Positions 45,978 to 56,192 of a DNA stretch of 64,000 nt are shown piece by piece. How positions within the stretch are numbered: the first letter of the stretch is position 1; every line of letters starts with the position of its first letter. Position numbers and translations under genes: made by a program. The stretch comes from Pseudomonadota bacterium (GTDB taxonomy: Bacteria > Pseudomonadota > Gammaproteobacteria > Burkholderiales > Burkholderiaceae_C). The stretch lies in the NCBI GenBank assembly GCA_040385005.1, contig JAZKIF010000081.1, forward strand, positions 18,518 to 82,517, written 5' to 3'. The notes below the pieces were generated by a model. That model ran no database searches. It worked only from the letters and a program-made list of their open reading frames with translations, and was not told the DNA's origin.

Positions 45978-46925
45978 ATGCCTGACATCAGCATCGTCAT
46001 CCCTGCGCACAATCGTGCCGATCTGCTGACGCAGGCAATCCTCTCGATTGGGGAAGCCGCGCCCGGACTGGACATCCAGGTGATCGTTATCGACGACGCT
46101 TCGACGCAAGACATCCGCGGTGCACTTGCAGGGTCTGACGTTCTGCTTCAACGCCTGGAGAAAAATAGTGGCTCGAGCGTCGCGCGCAACATCGGTCTGG
46201 GTTTGGTCGCCGGCCGCTTCGTGAAATTTCTGGATTCGGACGACGTGTTGGTCCCCGGCGCGTTATGCGCGGAGTTCGAATTGGCGGTCGCAACCCGTGC
46301 AGATATCGTCGTTGCGGGCTGGCTGGAGACTGCGATGGCCGAGGACCAGGAAGAATCGGAAATCGCTCGGCACGCGCCCCCCGTGTTCGGCAGCATCATC
46401 GATGACCTGCTCGCGGGCCGGGCGGTCCCGACAAGTTCCGCACTCTACGAATCCACGCTGGCCAAATCCGTGGCTTGGGATGCGGGCCTCGCCAAGCTGA
46501 ACGATTGGGACTACTTCATCGGCGCCGCGCTGCGGGCGCGCAAGATCGAGTCGTTGCCCACCCCCGCTTATCGCTGGCGGCAACATGCCGGCGCCAGGAT
46601 CACTTCTTCGACGAGTTTCAGCGGCAACGCGCGCGAGTTCTACCTGATCCTGGGCAAACTGGAAGCGGCGCTGAAAGCCGCCGGGGCCTATACGCAGCCC
46701 CGGCGTTTGCGCATGGCGCAATATCTCTACAAAGAGCTGCGCGGAATGTACAGGTTCGAGAAAGACGAGGGCAGGAAAATCCTGAAATGGATCGAGGCAC
46801 TGGACCCGCAGTTTGTTCCTCGCGACGAAGAACATTCCGACTTGCTGCGATTGCTGTACCGTTTTTTCCCGCATGAATGGGTCTTGTCGGCGTACGGTTT
46901 TCTTCGCCGATGGAGGTCTGTGTGA
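45978..46925 (+). CDS. GT2 glycosyltransferase
   Basis: SIVIPAHNR, IDDAS, ARNIG, FLDSDD. Confidence 0.88.
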   Translation: MPDISIVIPAHNRADLLTQAILSIGEAAPGLDIQVIVIDDASTQDIRGALAGSDVLLQRLEKNSGSSVARNIGLGLVAGRFVKFLDSDDVLVPGALCAEFELAVATRADIVVAGWLETAMAEDQEESEIARHAPPVFGSIIDDLLAGRAVPTSSALYESTLAKSVAWDAGLAKLNDWDYFIGAALRARKIESLPTPAYRWRQHAGARITSSTSFSGNAREFYLILGKLEAALKAAGAYTQPRRLRMAQYLYKELRGMYRFEKDEGRKILKWIEALDPQFVPRDEEHSDLLRLLYRFFPHEWVLSAYGFLRRWRSV

Positions 46926-46950
46926 CGCCATCGATGTGCGGCAATCCGGC

Positions 46951-47826
46951 ATGAGCGCACTCAACGAGGCGCTTCTTCGTCTGGTGAAGCTCTACCCGCT
47001 CTACCGGGGCCGGGGCAGGCTGGCTCTGTCGTCGCTGTTCCGCGCCGACATCACAGGCCCGGACGGCACCATAGAAGTCAGGTTATCGAGCGGCGAGAAA
47101 ATCCGTGTGGTGGAGCAGGACTACATCGGCCGCATGGTCCGCCTGTTTGGCGATCTCGACCCCGCGCTGAGCAGCGTGATGCGCGGCATCGTCGGGCCGG
47201 GCGATTGGGTCATCGATGTCGGCGCGAATGTCGGTGTCATGACATTGCGGGCAGCATCGCTCGTGGGACCCGCCGGACAGGTCTTTGCCTTCGAGCCGGT
47301 GCAGCAGCTGTGCGATCTGATGCGCAGGTCCATCCTCGACAACGGATTCGGGAACGTCACGGTGCTGCAGGTCGCCCTGTCGGACCACGCGGGCACGGGC
47401 ACCATGGAAGTCCCCGACACTTACTTGGGGTGCTCGAGGCTGCAGGAAGCCGGCCAAGGCAACGGCCAGCGCTGCGAAGTCAAGCGTCTGGACGACATCG
47501 ATTTCGGCGATGCATTCGCCCGCCCCAGGCTGCTCAAGATCGACGTCGAGGGTCACGAAGGGCAAGTCCTCGCCGGAGGACACCACTTCTTCCGGGCGCA
47601 CCGTCCGGACTACGTGCTCTTCGAGTCGCACGACGATCGCGGCGAATTCTGGAAGCGACCGGAAATCCGGCTCCTTCGGGACGCGGACTATGAGTTCTCG
47701 GTCGTGCGACGCACCGCGTTCGGAAACCCGGTCCTGACGAAAATACGGCCACAAGACACGAGGTTTCCGGCCGCGTACGACTTCCTGGCGTCGAGCCTGC
47801 CCAGAAAGAAGAGGACTACCCCATGA
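46951..47826 (+). CDS. FkbM family methyltransferase
   Basis: IDVGANVG, AFEP, VALSD, LKIDVEGHE. Confidence 0.9.
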   Translation: MSALNEALLRLVKLYPLYRGRGRLALSSLFRADITGPDGTIEVRLSSGEKIRVVEQDYIGRMVRLFGDLDPALSSVMRGIVGPGDWVIDVGANVGVMTLRAASLVGPAGQVFAFEPVQQLCDLMRRSILDNGFGNVTVLQVALSDHAGTGTMEVPDTYLGCSRLQEAGQGNGQRCEVKRLDDIDFGDAFARPRLLKIDVEGHEGQVLAGGHHFFRAHRPDYVLFESHDDRGEFWKRPEIRLLRDADYEFSVVRRTAFGNPVLTKIRPQDTRFPAAYDFLASSLPRKKRTTP

Positions 47827-48683
47827 GCACGGCCCATGCCGACCGTGTTCCGACATTGCGCGAAATCTGCTTGCATGCGGTGATCGTCGCGCATCGGGAA
47901 GACACGCGGCAACTGCAAGCGAGCCTGCGGGCGGAAGGCTTTGCAGTCACAGAGGTGCGAGGGCCTTACTCGGAAGCCGAATTGCTGTACTCGGCCGACG
48001 CCCGCTGTCTTGTGAACCACGCCAATGCATGGCGTATCGCCGCCGCGCTCGAGCAACCGACTCTGATCGTGGAGGCCGATTTCGTTCCCGTAAGAAGCAT
48101 GGGCGCGTTGCCCGCGCCCGTTCCGGCCGGGAACCCCGCAATGAGCATCGGATATCTCTATGGCGTCGGCCCCCAAGTCTGGGATCTCGCCAGAAGCGAT
48201 CTCGCTCGCGGTCACGCGGGGGGCATGGTCGCGCTCCTCGTGCCGCCGCGGGTCGCCTCCATGCTCCTCGATTTCTTCCAGGAGGAACGAATCCGAAATC
48301 CCACGGGCGTGTACTCGGCGTTCGACACGCGCGTCGGCTACTGGCTCAACGCGCGGGGCGTGGAGTGCTTCCTGCCCTACCGGCACTATGGCGAGCACGG
48401 CGGCATCGGCAACCCGGAACACGCATTGGCAGGCCTGGGCCGGCCACACCAGGCGGATTGCCTTCATGGGTCCCTGGCGTTTCTTCCTCCATATGCCCAA
48501 GGCAGCCAGCTTCGCTTCTTGTGCGTACGCCTTCGTGCCCGTCTGTGGGGAGTGCTTCGACTCGTCAGCGGCAGGCTGCTGGCCTGGCGGGACCTCTCGC
48601 GCGTCCACTCGCTGGCTATCCTGCGGTTTGCCGCGGGCCGCCTTGTCTTTCGCAAACCCGCTCCCGCATGCCAAGAGCACTAG
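47823..48683 (+). CDS. Putative GT-A (GT25-like) glycosyltransferase
   Basis: CLVNH..AW, LIVEADFVP, YGEHGG..NPEH; resembles cyanobacterial 'LPS biosynthesis glycosyltransferase' proteins from memory. Confidence 0.65.
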   Translation: MSTAHADRVPTLREICLHAVIVAHREDTRQLQASLRAEGFAVTEVRGPYSEAELLYSADARCLVNHANAWRIAAALEQPTLIVEADFVPVRSMGALPAPVPAGNPAMSIGYLYGVGPQVWDLARSDLARGHAGGMVALLVPPRVASMLLDFFQEERIRNPTGVYSAFDTRVGYWLNARGVECFLPYRHYGEHGGIGNPEHALAGLGRPHQADCLHGSLAFLPPYAQGSQLRFLCVRLRARLWGVLRLVSGRLLAWRDLSRVHSLAILRFAAGRLVFRKPAPACQEH

Positions 48684-49666
48684 TCAGCACGGTCATCCCC
48701 GTCTTCAACCGGCCAGCATTCCTGCGCGAGGCGGTGGCGAGCGTACTCGCCCAGCAAGGCTGCGAGCTCGAAGTGCTCATCGTCGATGACGGCTCGACCG
48801 ACGACACGCGCGCCGCCGCATTGGAACTGGCCGAACAGCATCCGGACATCGTCAAGGTGCTCTCGCAGGCCAATGCGGGCCCGGGCGCGGCCCGGCAAGC
48901 GGGAGTCGAGAAATGCAGGGGCGAGTACATCCAGTTCCTGGACAGCGACGATCTCCTGGAACGCACGAAATTCGCGGAACAGCTCGCCGCGCTCGCCGAC
49001 GATCCGCAGGCCGGCATCGCCTATGGCAAGACATACACCCGCATCGACGGCATCCGTCAAGCCACGCCAGCGCAAAAAAGCGGAGAGCGATTTCGCGATA
49101 TCTTCCCGACGCTGCTGACCGGGCGGATATGGGAAACCTCGACACCTCTTTACCGCCGCGACGCGCTGCGGCGAATCGGGGCGTGGCCTGACAAGCGGCA
49201 ACTGGAAGACCTCGAATTCGACGCCCAGGCCGGAGCAGCCGGAATCAAATTAGCGTATTGCGACAGCTTCGTTTCCGAATATCGGGTTCACGCCGGGCCC
49301 CGGCTGGCGCACGCCTGGCAAACGGATCCGGGCGCCATGCGCGACCGCCTGCACGCGCACGTCGCGGTTCTCACACACGCGCGCCTTGCGGGCATGAGGA
49401 ACGACCAGCCGGAGATGCAGACGTATGCCCGAACGCTGTTCTGGCTCGCACGCAACGCCGGCGAGGCGGGTTACCCGGAAGAAGCCCGCCATCTTCTCGC
49501 GCTGGCAAGCGAGCTGTGTTCGACTCGTGCCATGAGAAGTCTGGGGATATCGGCATACCGGCGCCTCGCATCCGTCCTCGGCTGGAAAGCACTGGGTCGG
49601 ATGAGCCACGCGGTGGAGAGCATTCGCGATGCCCGCGCGGGACTGCGTCGTATATTTTTGCGATGA
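48668..49666 (+). CDS. GT2 glycosyltransferase
   Basis: VIPVFNR, VDDGSTD, NAGPGAAR, FLDSDD. Confidence 0.9.
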   Translation: MPRALVSTVIPVFNRPAFLREAVASVLAQQGCELEVLIVDDGSTDDTRAAALELAEQHPDIVKVLSQANAGPGAARQAGVEKCRGEYIQFLDSDDLLERTKFAEQLAALADDPQAGIAYGKTYTRIDGIRQATPAQKSGERFRDIFPTLLTGRIWETSTPLYRRDALRRIGAWPDKRQLEDLEFDAQAGAAGIKLAYCDSFVSEYRVHAGPRLAHAWQTDPGAMRDRLHAHVAVLTHARLAGMRNDQPEMQTYARTLFWLARNAGEAGYPEEARHLLALASELCSTRAMRSLGISAYRRLASVLGWKALGRMSHAVESIRDARAGLRRIFLR

Positions 49667-50625
49667 ACATCTCTCGCGCCCGGACCGACAACCAGAGCAG
49701 GCGGCAATCCCCGGACGTCTCCGTGGTGATGGGTGTTTTCAACGGCGGCCAGCGGCTGAGGGCCACGCTCGAAAGCGTGCTCGGCCAGCAGGGCTGCGAC
49801 TTCGAGTTCATCGTCGTGGACGACGGGTCGACAGACGCCAGCCGGGACCTGCTTGATCGGTGTCGCGCGAAGGATTCAAGACTGCGCGTCATCCATCAGG
49901 AAAACGCGGGCCTCACACAGGCCTTGGTCCGCGGGTGCGCGGACGCACGTGGCGAATTCATTGCCCGCCAGGACTGCGGCGACGTCTCGCTACCGGGGCG
50001 GCTGCGGCGGCAGGTCGAAATCCTGCGCGGCCATCCGGGCGCGGTGATGACGGCCGGCGCCGTTCGCACTGTCGGCCCCGCAAGAGAATTTCTCTTCGAT
50101 GTCGCCTGCGATGGCAAATCCCTACACGACGGCCTCGATCCCGCGGCGTCCGCACCGGTCGCCGGGCCGCCTCATCACGGCGCGACCATGTTCCTGCGCA
50201 GCGCTTATGAAGCCGCAGGTGGCTACCGCCCATTCTTCACCGTGGCCCAGGACATCGATCTCTGGCTGCGCCTGCGCGAGTTGGGCTTGTGCCTGGGCGA
50301 TGTGCAGGTCGGGTATGAAGCGCAGCTGGATATCGCAAGCATCAGCGCGGTTCGGCGCGAGGAGCAGTTGCGCTACGCAGCCATTGCCCAGGCATGCGCG
50401 CGGCATCGCGCGTCGGGCCTGCAAGAGGACGACCTGTTGATCGAACCACGTGGACGGCGTCCGCAGCCGCGGACGTCCCCCGGGCTGACCCGTGCGCGGT
50501 TCCTGTACTTCGTGGGGCGCTGCCTCGCACAGAGAGATCCGGGCACCGCAAGACGGTACTATCTGCGGGCACTTCGCGAATACCCCTTCCATTTCAAGAG
50601 CCTCGCCCGTTTGCTGTGTCCCTGA
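49663..50625 (+). CDS. GT2 glycosyltransferase
   Basis: SVVMGVFN, VDDGSTD, NAGLT, ARQDCGD, AQDIDLW. Confidence 0.88.
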   Translation: MNISRARTDNQSRRQSPDVSVVMGVFNGGQRLRATLESVLGQQGCDFEFIVVDDGSTDASRDLLDRCRAKDSRLRVIHQENAGLTQALVRGCADARGEFIARQDCGDVSLPGRLRRQVEILRGHPGAVMTAGAVRTVGPAREFLFDVACDGKSLHDGLDPAASAPVAGPPHHGATMFLRSAYEAAGGYRPFFTVAQDIDLWLRLRELGLCLGDVQVGYEAQLDIASISAVRREEQLRYAAIAQACARHRASGLQEDDLLIEPRGRRPQPRTSPGLTRARFLYFVGRCLAQRDPGTARRYYLRALREYPFHFKSLARLLCP

Positions 50626-51524
50626 TGGAAGCAATCGCCCCCCTCTCCATCGTCATCCCCACGTACCGTCGTGGTCCGGTACTCGTGCAGACTGTCGAAT
50701 ACCTGCTCGAGCAGCAGCCGCGAGCGGCGCAGATCCTCCTGCTGGATCAAACCGAACTTCACGCACACGCCGACGAGTCGCGCCTGCAGGCCATGGCGGC
50801 TCGCGGCCTCATCGACTGGATTCGCCTGGAACAGCCATCGATCCCGCGGGCGATGAATGCGGGCCTCATGCGGGCCACCAGCGACCTCGTCCTGTTCCTC
50901 GACGACGATATCCGGCCCGACCCCGAGCTGGTCCTGGCCCACTGGCGCGCGCACCAGCGCCTGACGGGGCTCACCCTGGTGGCCGGCCGTGTCCTTCAGC
51001 CCTGGCACGAAGGTGTCGACCAATCTGGGGGCACCGACTTTCATTTCGCGAGCGAGCAGCCCCGCTGGATCGGTGAATTCATGGGCGGAAACTTTTCCAT
51101 GCGGCGCGAACACGCCGTCGCGCTCGGCGGCTTCGACGAGAACTTCGTGCGCGTGGCCTACCGGTTCGAGGCGGAGTTCGCGCACCGGTTTCTCGCGAGC
51201 GGGGGGCGAATCCACTTCGAACCCGGCGCCTGCCTGCATCACCTCAAAGCGGGCGACGGCGGAACCAGGACTTACGGTGAGCACCTGACGACCTGGCGGC
51301 CAGATCACGCCGTCGGCGCGTACTACTACGGCCTGCGGACTGGTCATTTCGCGGAGTTCTTCTCGCGGCCCTGGAAATCTGTCGCCACCCGGCATCACTT
51401 GCGGCATCCGTGGCAGATCCCGCGCACCTTGCTCGCGGAAATCCGCGGCATGGTCTGGGCCTGGTCGCTGTTCCTGCGCGGGCCAGCGCTTGTGCCCTTA
51501 CCACCCCGGAACGAGCGCCGATGA
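50625..51524 (+). CDS. GT2 glycosyltransferase (HpsN-like)
   Basis: SIVIPTY, LLLDQT, FLDDD, GGNFS, GGFDENF. Confidence 0.88.
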   Translation: MEAIAPLSIVIPTYRRGPVLVQTVEYLLEQQPRAAQILLLDQTELHAHADESRLQAMAARGLIDWIRLEQPSIPRAMNAGLMRATSDLVLFLDDDIRPDPELVLAHWRAHQRLTGLTLVAGRVLQPWHEGVDQSGGTDFHFASEQPRWIGEFMGGNFSMRREHAVALGGFDENFVRVAYRFEAEFAHRFLASGGRIHFEPGACLHHLKAGDGGTRTYGEHLTTWRPDHAVGAYYYGLRTGHFAEFFSRPWKSVATRHHLRHPWQIPRTLLAEIRGMVWAWSLFLRGPALVPLPPRNERR

Positions 51525-53035
51525 CCCAGATCACCATGGCGCTGCTGACAGTCGCCGGCATGCTGACCCTGCTCGACTGGCGCAAGGGGCTGGCGATGTG
51601 CGTGCTCGTCGGCATCGCCCAGGACCCGTTGCGCAAGCTCGCTCCCGGCCAGCCCGTGTTCTATATCGCGCTGGTGGGCGTGATCTTCGGATTGACCTGG
51701 GTTCGCGCCGCCTTGATGCGCGTGCCGCTCGGCCCTTCGGTGATTCATGGATGGAAGAAGAATCTCAAGGTCCCGTTCTCGCTGTTCATCGTGCTCGTAA
51801 TCGCGCAGGCCCTTCATACGTTCCTGCGCTACGGCAGCGCCTTCATGGCCGGCGTGGGCCTGCTCGTCTGGCTGGCGCCGATCCCCGCAGTGGTACTCGC
51901 CTATCAATTCGCCGCACGCCGCGGCGTGCGCGGCGTGCGGCAATGGCTGCTGCTCTACGTGGTACTGGCGCTGTTGTCGCTGTCGGGCGTGTACTTCGAA
52001 TACTCCGGGTTCACCTGGCCCACGCTCGGCGAGATAGGTGAGGGCCAGATCATCTACGACGTCGGCACGGTGCTCAAGGCGCATTCGGGTTTCTTCCGCG
52101 CTTCGGAAATCGCCGCATGGCATGCGGCTGCCATCGCGTGCTTCATCTTCATCCTGTCTCTCGGCAAGCGGCCCACGCTGCTCAGGATCGCTTTCGCGCT
52201 CGGAATGCTCGCGCTGCTCGTCAGTCTGGGCATCCTGACCGGGCGCAGGAAGATGCTGGTGGAGATCACCATCTTCCTCAGCAGCTACGCCTTCCTGGTG
52301 GCCTGGCTGCAGCGCGGCATGGCGCGGCTCGCGATGGTTCTGCTGGTGATGGGCTTCGTCGGCTATGTGGGCATTGTGGGATTCGTTTCGCCGGACCTGG
52401 TGCAGAGTTCGTACTCCAAGTCGATCTCCATGGAGAATGCGCAGCGGATCGAAGGTTATGCGGCGCGCGGACAGTCGGTTTTCGCGGACCTCCCCAAGCG
52501 CGTCAACGACGTGGGCATCCGGCCGCTGCTCTGGGCCATCGACACGTTCGGCTGGCTCGGCGCGGGGCTGGGCACCGGCAGCCAAGGGACCAACGATATC
52601 GCCCAGTCCCACAACATCGACCGGTGGGCGGCCGAAGGCGGCTTGGGCAAAGTCGCCATGGAACTGGGCGCACCAGGCCTGCTGCTCGCCATGTGGCTGC
52701 TGATCGCCCTTGCCCGGCACCTACGGCAGGAGCTGGCCGATGTCGCGCGAATCTCGCCGCAGCACATGCGCATCGCCTATGGCCTTGTCGCCTTCCTCGT
52801 CGCCAACGCGGCGACCTTTACCGTGGCGACGCAGGCTTACAGCGACCTCTTCATCCTGCTGATCCTCGGTTGGTGCTTGGGGTTCCTGCTGGCGATGCCG
52901 GCACTGGCGGCCCGAGGTGACGGCGCCAAGCGCAAATCGACGCCTTCGCCCTGGCTGCACGCGGCGCCGGCGCCGCACCATTTCCCGACGCAGCCGGGTT
53001 CCCTGCCACAACCGGCGGGGTCGCAACGGCAGTGA
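51521..53035 (+). CDS. Polytopic membrane protein, putative Wzy-like polymerase/O-antigen ligase
   Basis: About 11-12 TM segments, LTGRRK, GAGLGTG periplasmic-loop motif, ELG.PG. Confidence 0.72.
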   Translation: MTQITMALLTVAGMLTLLDWRKGLAMCVLVGIAQDPLRKLAPGQPVFYIALVGVIFGLTWVRAALMRVPLGPSVIHGWKKNLKVPFSLFIVLVIAQALHTFLRYGSAFMAGVGLLVWLAPIPAVVLAYQFAARRGVRGVRQWLLLYVVLALLSLSGVYFEYSGFTWPTLGEIGEGQIIYDVGTVLKAHSGFFRASEIAAWHAAAIACFIFILSLGKRPTLLRIAFALGMLALLVSLGILTGRRKMLVEITIFLSSYAFLVAWLQRGMARLAMVLLVMGFVGYVGIVGFVSPDLVQSSYSKSISMENAQRIEGYAARGQSVFADLPKRVNDVGIRPLLWAIDTFGWLGAGLGTGSQGTNDIAQSHNIDRWAAEGGLGKVAMELGAPGLLLAMWLLIALARHLRQELADVARISPQHMRIAYGLVAFLVANAATFTVATQAYSDLFILLILGWCLGFLLAMPALAARGDGAKRKSTPSPWLHAAPAPHHFPTQPGSLPQPAGSQRQ

Positions 53036-54240
53036 GCGCGCAACCTGCCAGCGCGACGGCCACCCGGCAGAGGCCCCGTGTGCTCGCCGTCGCGTCCCAC
53101 CCCATCCAGTACCAGGCCCCGTGGTTCCGCGCACTCGCCGCGGAACCGTCGATCGACTTCTCCGTGCTCTTCGTGCAGCTGCCCGATCCGGCGCAGCAGG
53201 GCCGCGGCTTCGGCGTCGCGTTCACGTGGGACGTCCCCCTGCTCGAAGGCTACCGTTGGCGCAAAGCGCCCCACCTGCGAGGACGCGGCGGGTTGCACGG
53301 CTTCCTCGCCGCACGCATCGCCCATCCGCTTGCGTTGCTGCGCGAGCTCGATCCGGACGTGCTGATGCTCACGGGGTGGCACATCTGGCCTCTGGTGCAA
53401 ATGCTGATCTCGGCGCGGCGGCTGGGCATCCCCGTCGTCATGCGCGGTGAATCGAACGCGTTGCGAAAGCGGCCCTGGCATGCTCGCGCGCTGCACCGGA
53501 TGATCCTGGGCGCATGCGCCGCCTTCCTGCCGATCGGCCGCGCAAGCCGCGCGTTCTACCGCGGCTACGGTATCGCCGGGGAGCAGCTCTTCGACACGCC
53601 GTACTTCGTCGACAACGCACGATTCGCGGTGGCGGCCGCCGCGGCGCGTCCCCAGCGCACGGCGCTGCGAGAACGCTGGGCGATACCGCCGCAAGCGACC
53701 TGCTTTTGCTATGCCGGAAAACTCGAGCCCAAGAAACGCATCCTCGACCTGCTGGAGGCGCTGCGCATCGCGGCCGGTGAGAACGCCGCGCTGCACCTGC
53801 TGGTGGTCGGCACCGGCGAACTGATGGCGCAAGCGCAGGACATGGTGTCGCGCCACGGCCTGCCCGTCACGTTCGCGGGCTTCCTCAACCAGACCGAAAT
53901 TCCTGCGGCGTACGTCGCCGCGGATTGCCTGGTGCTGCCTTCCGACTTCGGCGAAACCTGGGGCTTGGTCGTGAACGAAGCGATGGCGTGCGGGCGGCCG
54001 GCGATCGTCAGCGATCGCGTGGGCTGCGCATCCGACCTCGTCACCGATGGCGTGACGGGCTTCGTGTTCCCATTCGGCGACACCACCGCACTCGCGCAGC
54101 GCCTCCTGTCAATCGCGGCGGACACGCCAACCGCGACCGCGATGGGCGAAGAGGCGCGCCGACGCGTGGAGGCGGGCTACACCATCGGCCACTCGGTACG
54201 CGGTACGTTGCAAGCCGTGGAATGGACCTTGGCCCGGTGA
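53032..54240 (+). CDS. GT4 glycosyltransferase
   Basis: HPIQYQAP, GKLEPKK, ETWGLVVNEAMACG. Confidence 0.9.
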   Translation: MSAQPASATATRQRPRVLAVASHPIQYQAPWFRALAAEPSIDFSVLFVQLPDPAQQGRGFGVAFTWDVPLLEGYRWRKAPHLRGRGGLHGFLAARIAHPLALLRELDPDVLMLTGWHIWPLVQMLISARRLGIPVVMRGESNALRKRPWHARALHRMILGACAAFLPIGRASRAFYRGYGIAGEQLFDTPYFVDNARFAVAAAAARPQRTALRERWAIPPQATCFCYAGKLEPKKRILDLLEALRIAAGENAALHLLVVGTGELMAQAQDMVSRHGLPVTFAGFLNQTEIPAAYVAADCLVLPSDFGETWGLVVNEAMACGRPAIVSDRVGCASDLVTDGVTGFVFPFGDTTALAQRLLSIAADTPTATAMGEEARRRVEAGYTIGHSVRGTLQAVEWTLAR

Positions 54241-55394
54241 TGAAGGTGTTGCACGTCATTCCGTCGCTCTCCCGCGCCGACGGCGGCCCCACCGAAGCGC
54301 TGCTCCTGATGGAGCGCGCCTTGTCCGCGCGGGGCATCGCCGTGGAAACAGCAACGACCGACGACGACGGGCCGGGCCTGCGCAACGGCAAGGCTCTCGC
54401 GCAACCGCTCGCCGAGAACGGCGCCACGCATTGGTACTTCGCCAAGCGCATGGACTTCTACAAGCCCGCGCCGGACTTCGCACGATGGATCGCCCGCGAG
54501 GCAGGGCGCTTCGACCTCCTGCACATCCATGCGCTCTTCTCGTTCACGACCGGCGCCGCGGCGCGGGCGGCGCGGCGCGCGAACGTGCCGTACGTGGTGC
54601 GGCCCATGGGATCGCTGAACGAGTACGGCATGACCCAGCGCCGGCCGTGGCTGAAGCAGATGTCGATGCGCCTCATCGACGGACCCGTACTGCGGCATGC
54701 GGCGGCCGTGCATTTCACGAGCGAGGCGGAAGCACGGGAAGCGAGCCGCTGGGGCGTCCGGATGCGGCCCATCGTGATCCCGCTGGGCGTGGAAACGCCA
54801 CCCGCGCCGTCGCTGCGCCGGACCATCGCGTCCGCGCAAGACAAGGTGCACGCGCTGTTCCTCTCGCGCCTCGATCCCAAGAAGAACGTCGAGTCCCTGT
54901 TGCAGGCCGCAGCGCTATTGCGCGGTGAATTTCCCGGCCTGCACTGGACCATCGCGGGCAGCGGCGCGCCGGACTATGTCGCCAGTCTCCATGCGCTCGC
55001 GCGGGAACTCGCTTTGGAGAAGCACGTCACCTGGCTCGGGCACATCGGCGGCGAAACCAAGGCGCGCGCGTTCGCCGCTGCGGACTTATTCGTGCTGCCT
55101 TCCTACTCCGAGAACTTCGGCATCGCCGCCGCGGAAGCGCTCGCCCACGGCCTGCCTTGCCTGTTGGGCGAGGGAGTCGCCATCGCACAGGATGTCGCGC
55201 AAGCCGGTGCGGGCGTCACCGTCACACCGGATGCGGCCAGCGTCGCGGATGGCGTGCGCCGTATCATCGGCGACGCCCTCGGCGACCAGGCGATGGCGCG
55301 ATGCGCGCAGCGGCTGGCGGTCGAGCGCTTTTCCGCACACGCCATGGGCGCCGCGCTGCAGCGGCTGTACAGCGGCTGTACAGCGGCATCCTGA
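54240..55394 (+). CDS. GT4 glycosyltransferase (HpsP-like)
   Basis: MKVLHVIPS..GGP, HIHALFS, PYVVRPMG, LSRLDPKK, ENFGIAAAEA. Confidence 0.9.
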   Translation: MKVLHVIPSLSRADGGPTEALLLMERALSARGIAVETATTDDDGPGLRNGKALAQPLAENGATHWYFAKRMDFYKPAPDFARWIAREAGRFDLLHIHALFSFTTGAAARAARRANVPYVVRPMGSLNEYGMTQRRPWLKQMSMRLIDGPVLRHAAAVHFTSEAEAREASRWGVRMRPIVIPLGVETPPAPSLRRTIASAQDKVHALFLSRLDPKKNVESLLQAAALLRGEFPGLHWTIAGSGAPDYVASLHALARELALEKHVTWLGHIGGETKARAFAAADLFVLPSYSENFGIAAAEALAHGLPCLLGEGVAIAQDVAQAGAGVTVTPDAASVADGVRRIIGDALGDQAMARCAQRLAVERFSAHAMGAALQRLYSGCTAAS

Positions 55395-55403
55395 ACGACA
55401 CGC

Positions 55404-56192
55404 ATGGACTTCCTCAATCGCGTTGAAGTGTTGATCCTCACGTGGAACGAGGAGGCGAATCTCGCCCGCACGCTCGACGCGTTGCGCCGTTTCCCGCGCG
55501 TGGTCGTCCTGGACAGCGGCAGCACCGACGCCACGCAGGCCATCGCGGCCGCTCATCCCAACGTGCGAATAGCGATGCGCGCTTTCGACAGCCACTCGGC
55601 CCAGTGGAACCATGGCCTGCAGGGTTGCGCGATCGCGGCCGAGTGGGTGCTGGCCCTGGATGCGGACTACGTGCTGTCCGGCGCGCTCGTCGATGAGATC
55701 GCCGCGCTTGCGCCCCCCGATGACGTATCGGCGTACCAGGCATCGTTTCGCTATTGCGTGAACGGCGAGCCGCTCGCGGGCTCGCTCTATCCGCCGGTGA
55801 GAGTCCTCTTTCGCCGCGAGGGCGCGAGCTACATCCAGGACGGCCACACGCAACGCCTCGTGTGCCAAGGGCGCACTGCGCCATTGCGCGAGCCGGTACT
55901 GCACGACGACCGCAAGCCCTTCTCGGCATGGCTCGCCTCGCAGGACCGCTATGCGCGCCTGGAATGCGAGCTGCTGCGCGCCACGCCCTGGTCCCGCCTC
56001 GGCTGGCGCGACCGGCTGCGCCGCATGGTCGTCGTGACGCCGTGGCTGGTGCCGCTGTACTGCCTCACCATCGGCAAGGGATTCATGGACGGGCGGCGCG
56101 GCCTCTTCTATGCATTGCAGCGCGGCATCGCGGAGGCGCTGCTGAGCGCACGCCTGGTGGAAGCGCGCTGGTTCCACGGCGGTCCTCCATGA
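55404..56192 (+). CDS. GT2 glycosyltransferase
   Basis: ILTWNEEANL, DSGSTD, LDAD, QDGHTQR. Confidence 0.88.
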   Translation: MDFLNRVEVLILTWNEEANLARTLDALRRFPRVVVLDSGSTDATQAIAAAHPNVRIAMRAFDSHSAQWNHGLQGCAIAAEWVLALDADYVLSGALVDEIAALAPPDDVSAYQASFRYCVNGEPLAGSLYPPVRVLFRREGASYIQDGHTQRLVCQGRTAPLREPVLHDDRKPFSAWLASQDRYARLECELLRATPWSRLGWRDRLRRMVVVTPWLVPLYCLTIGKGFMDGRRGLFYALQRGIAEALLSARLVEARWFHGGPP

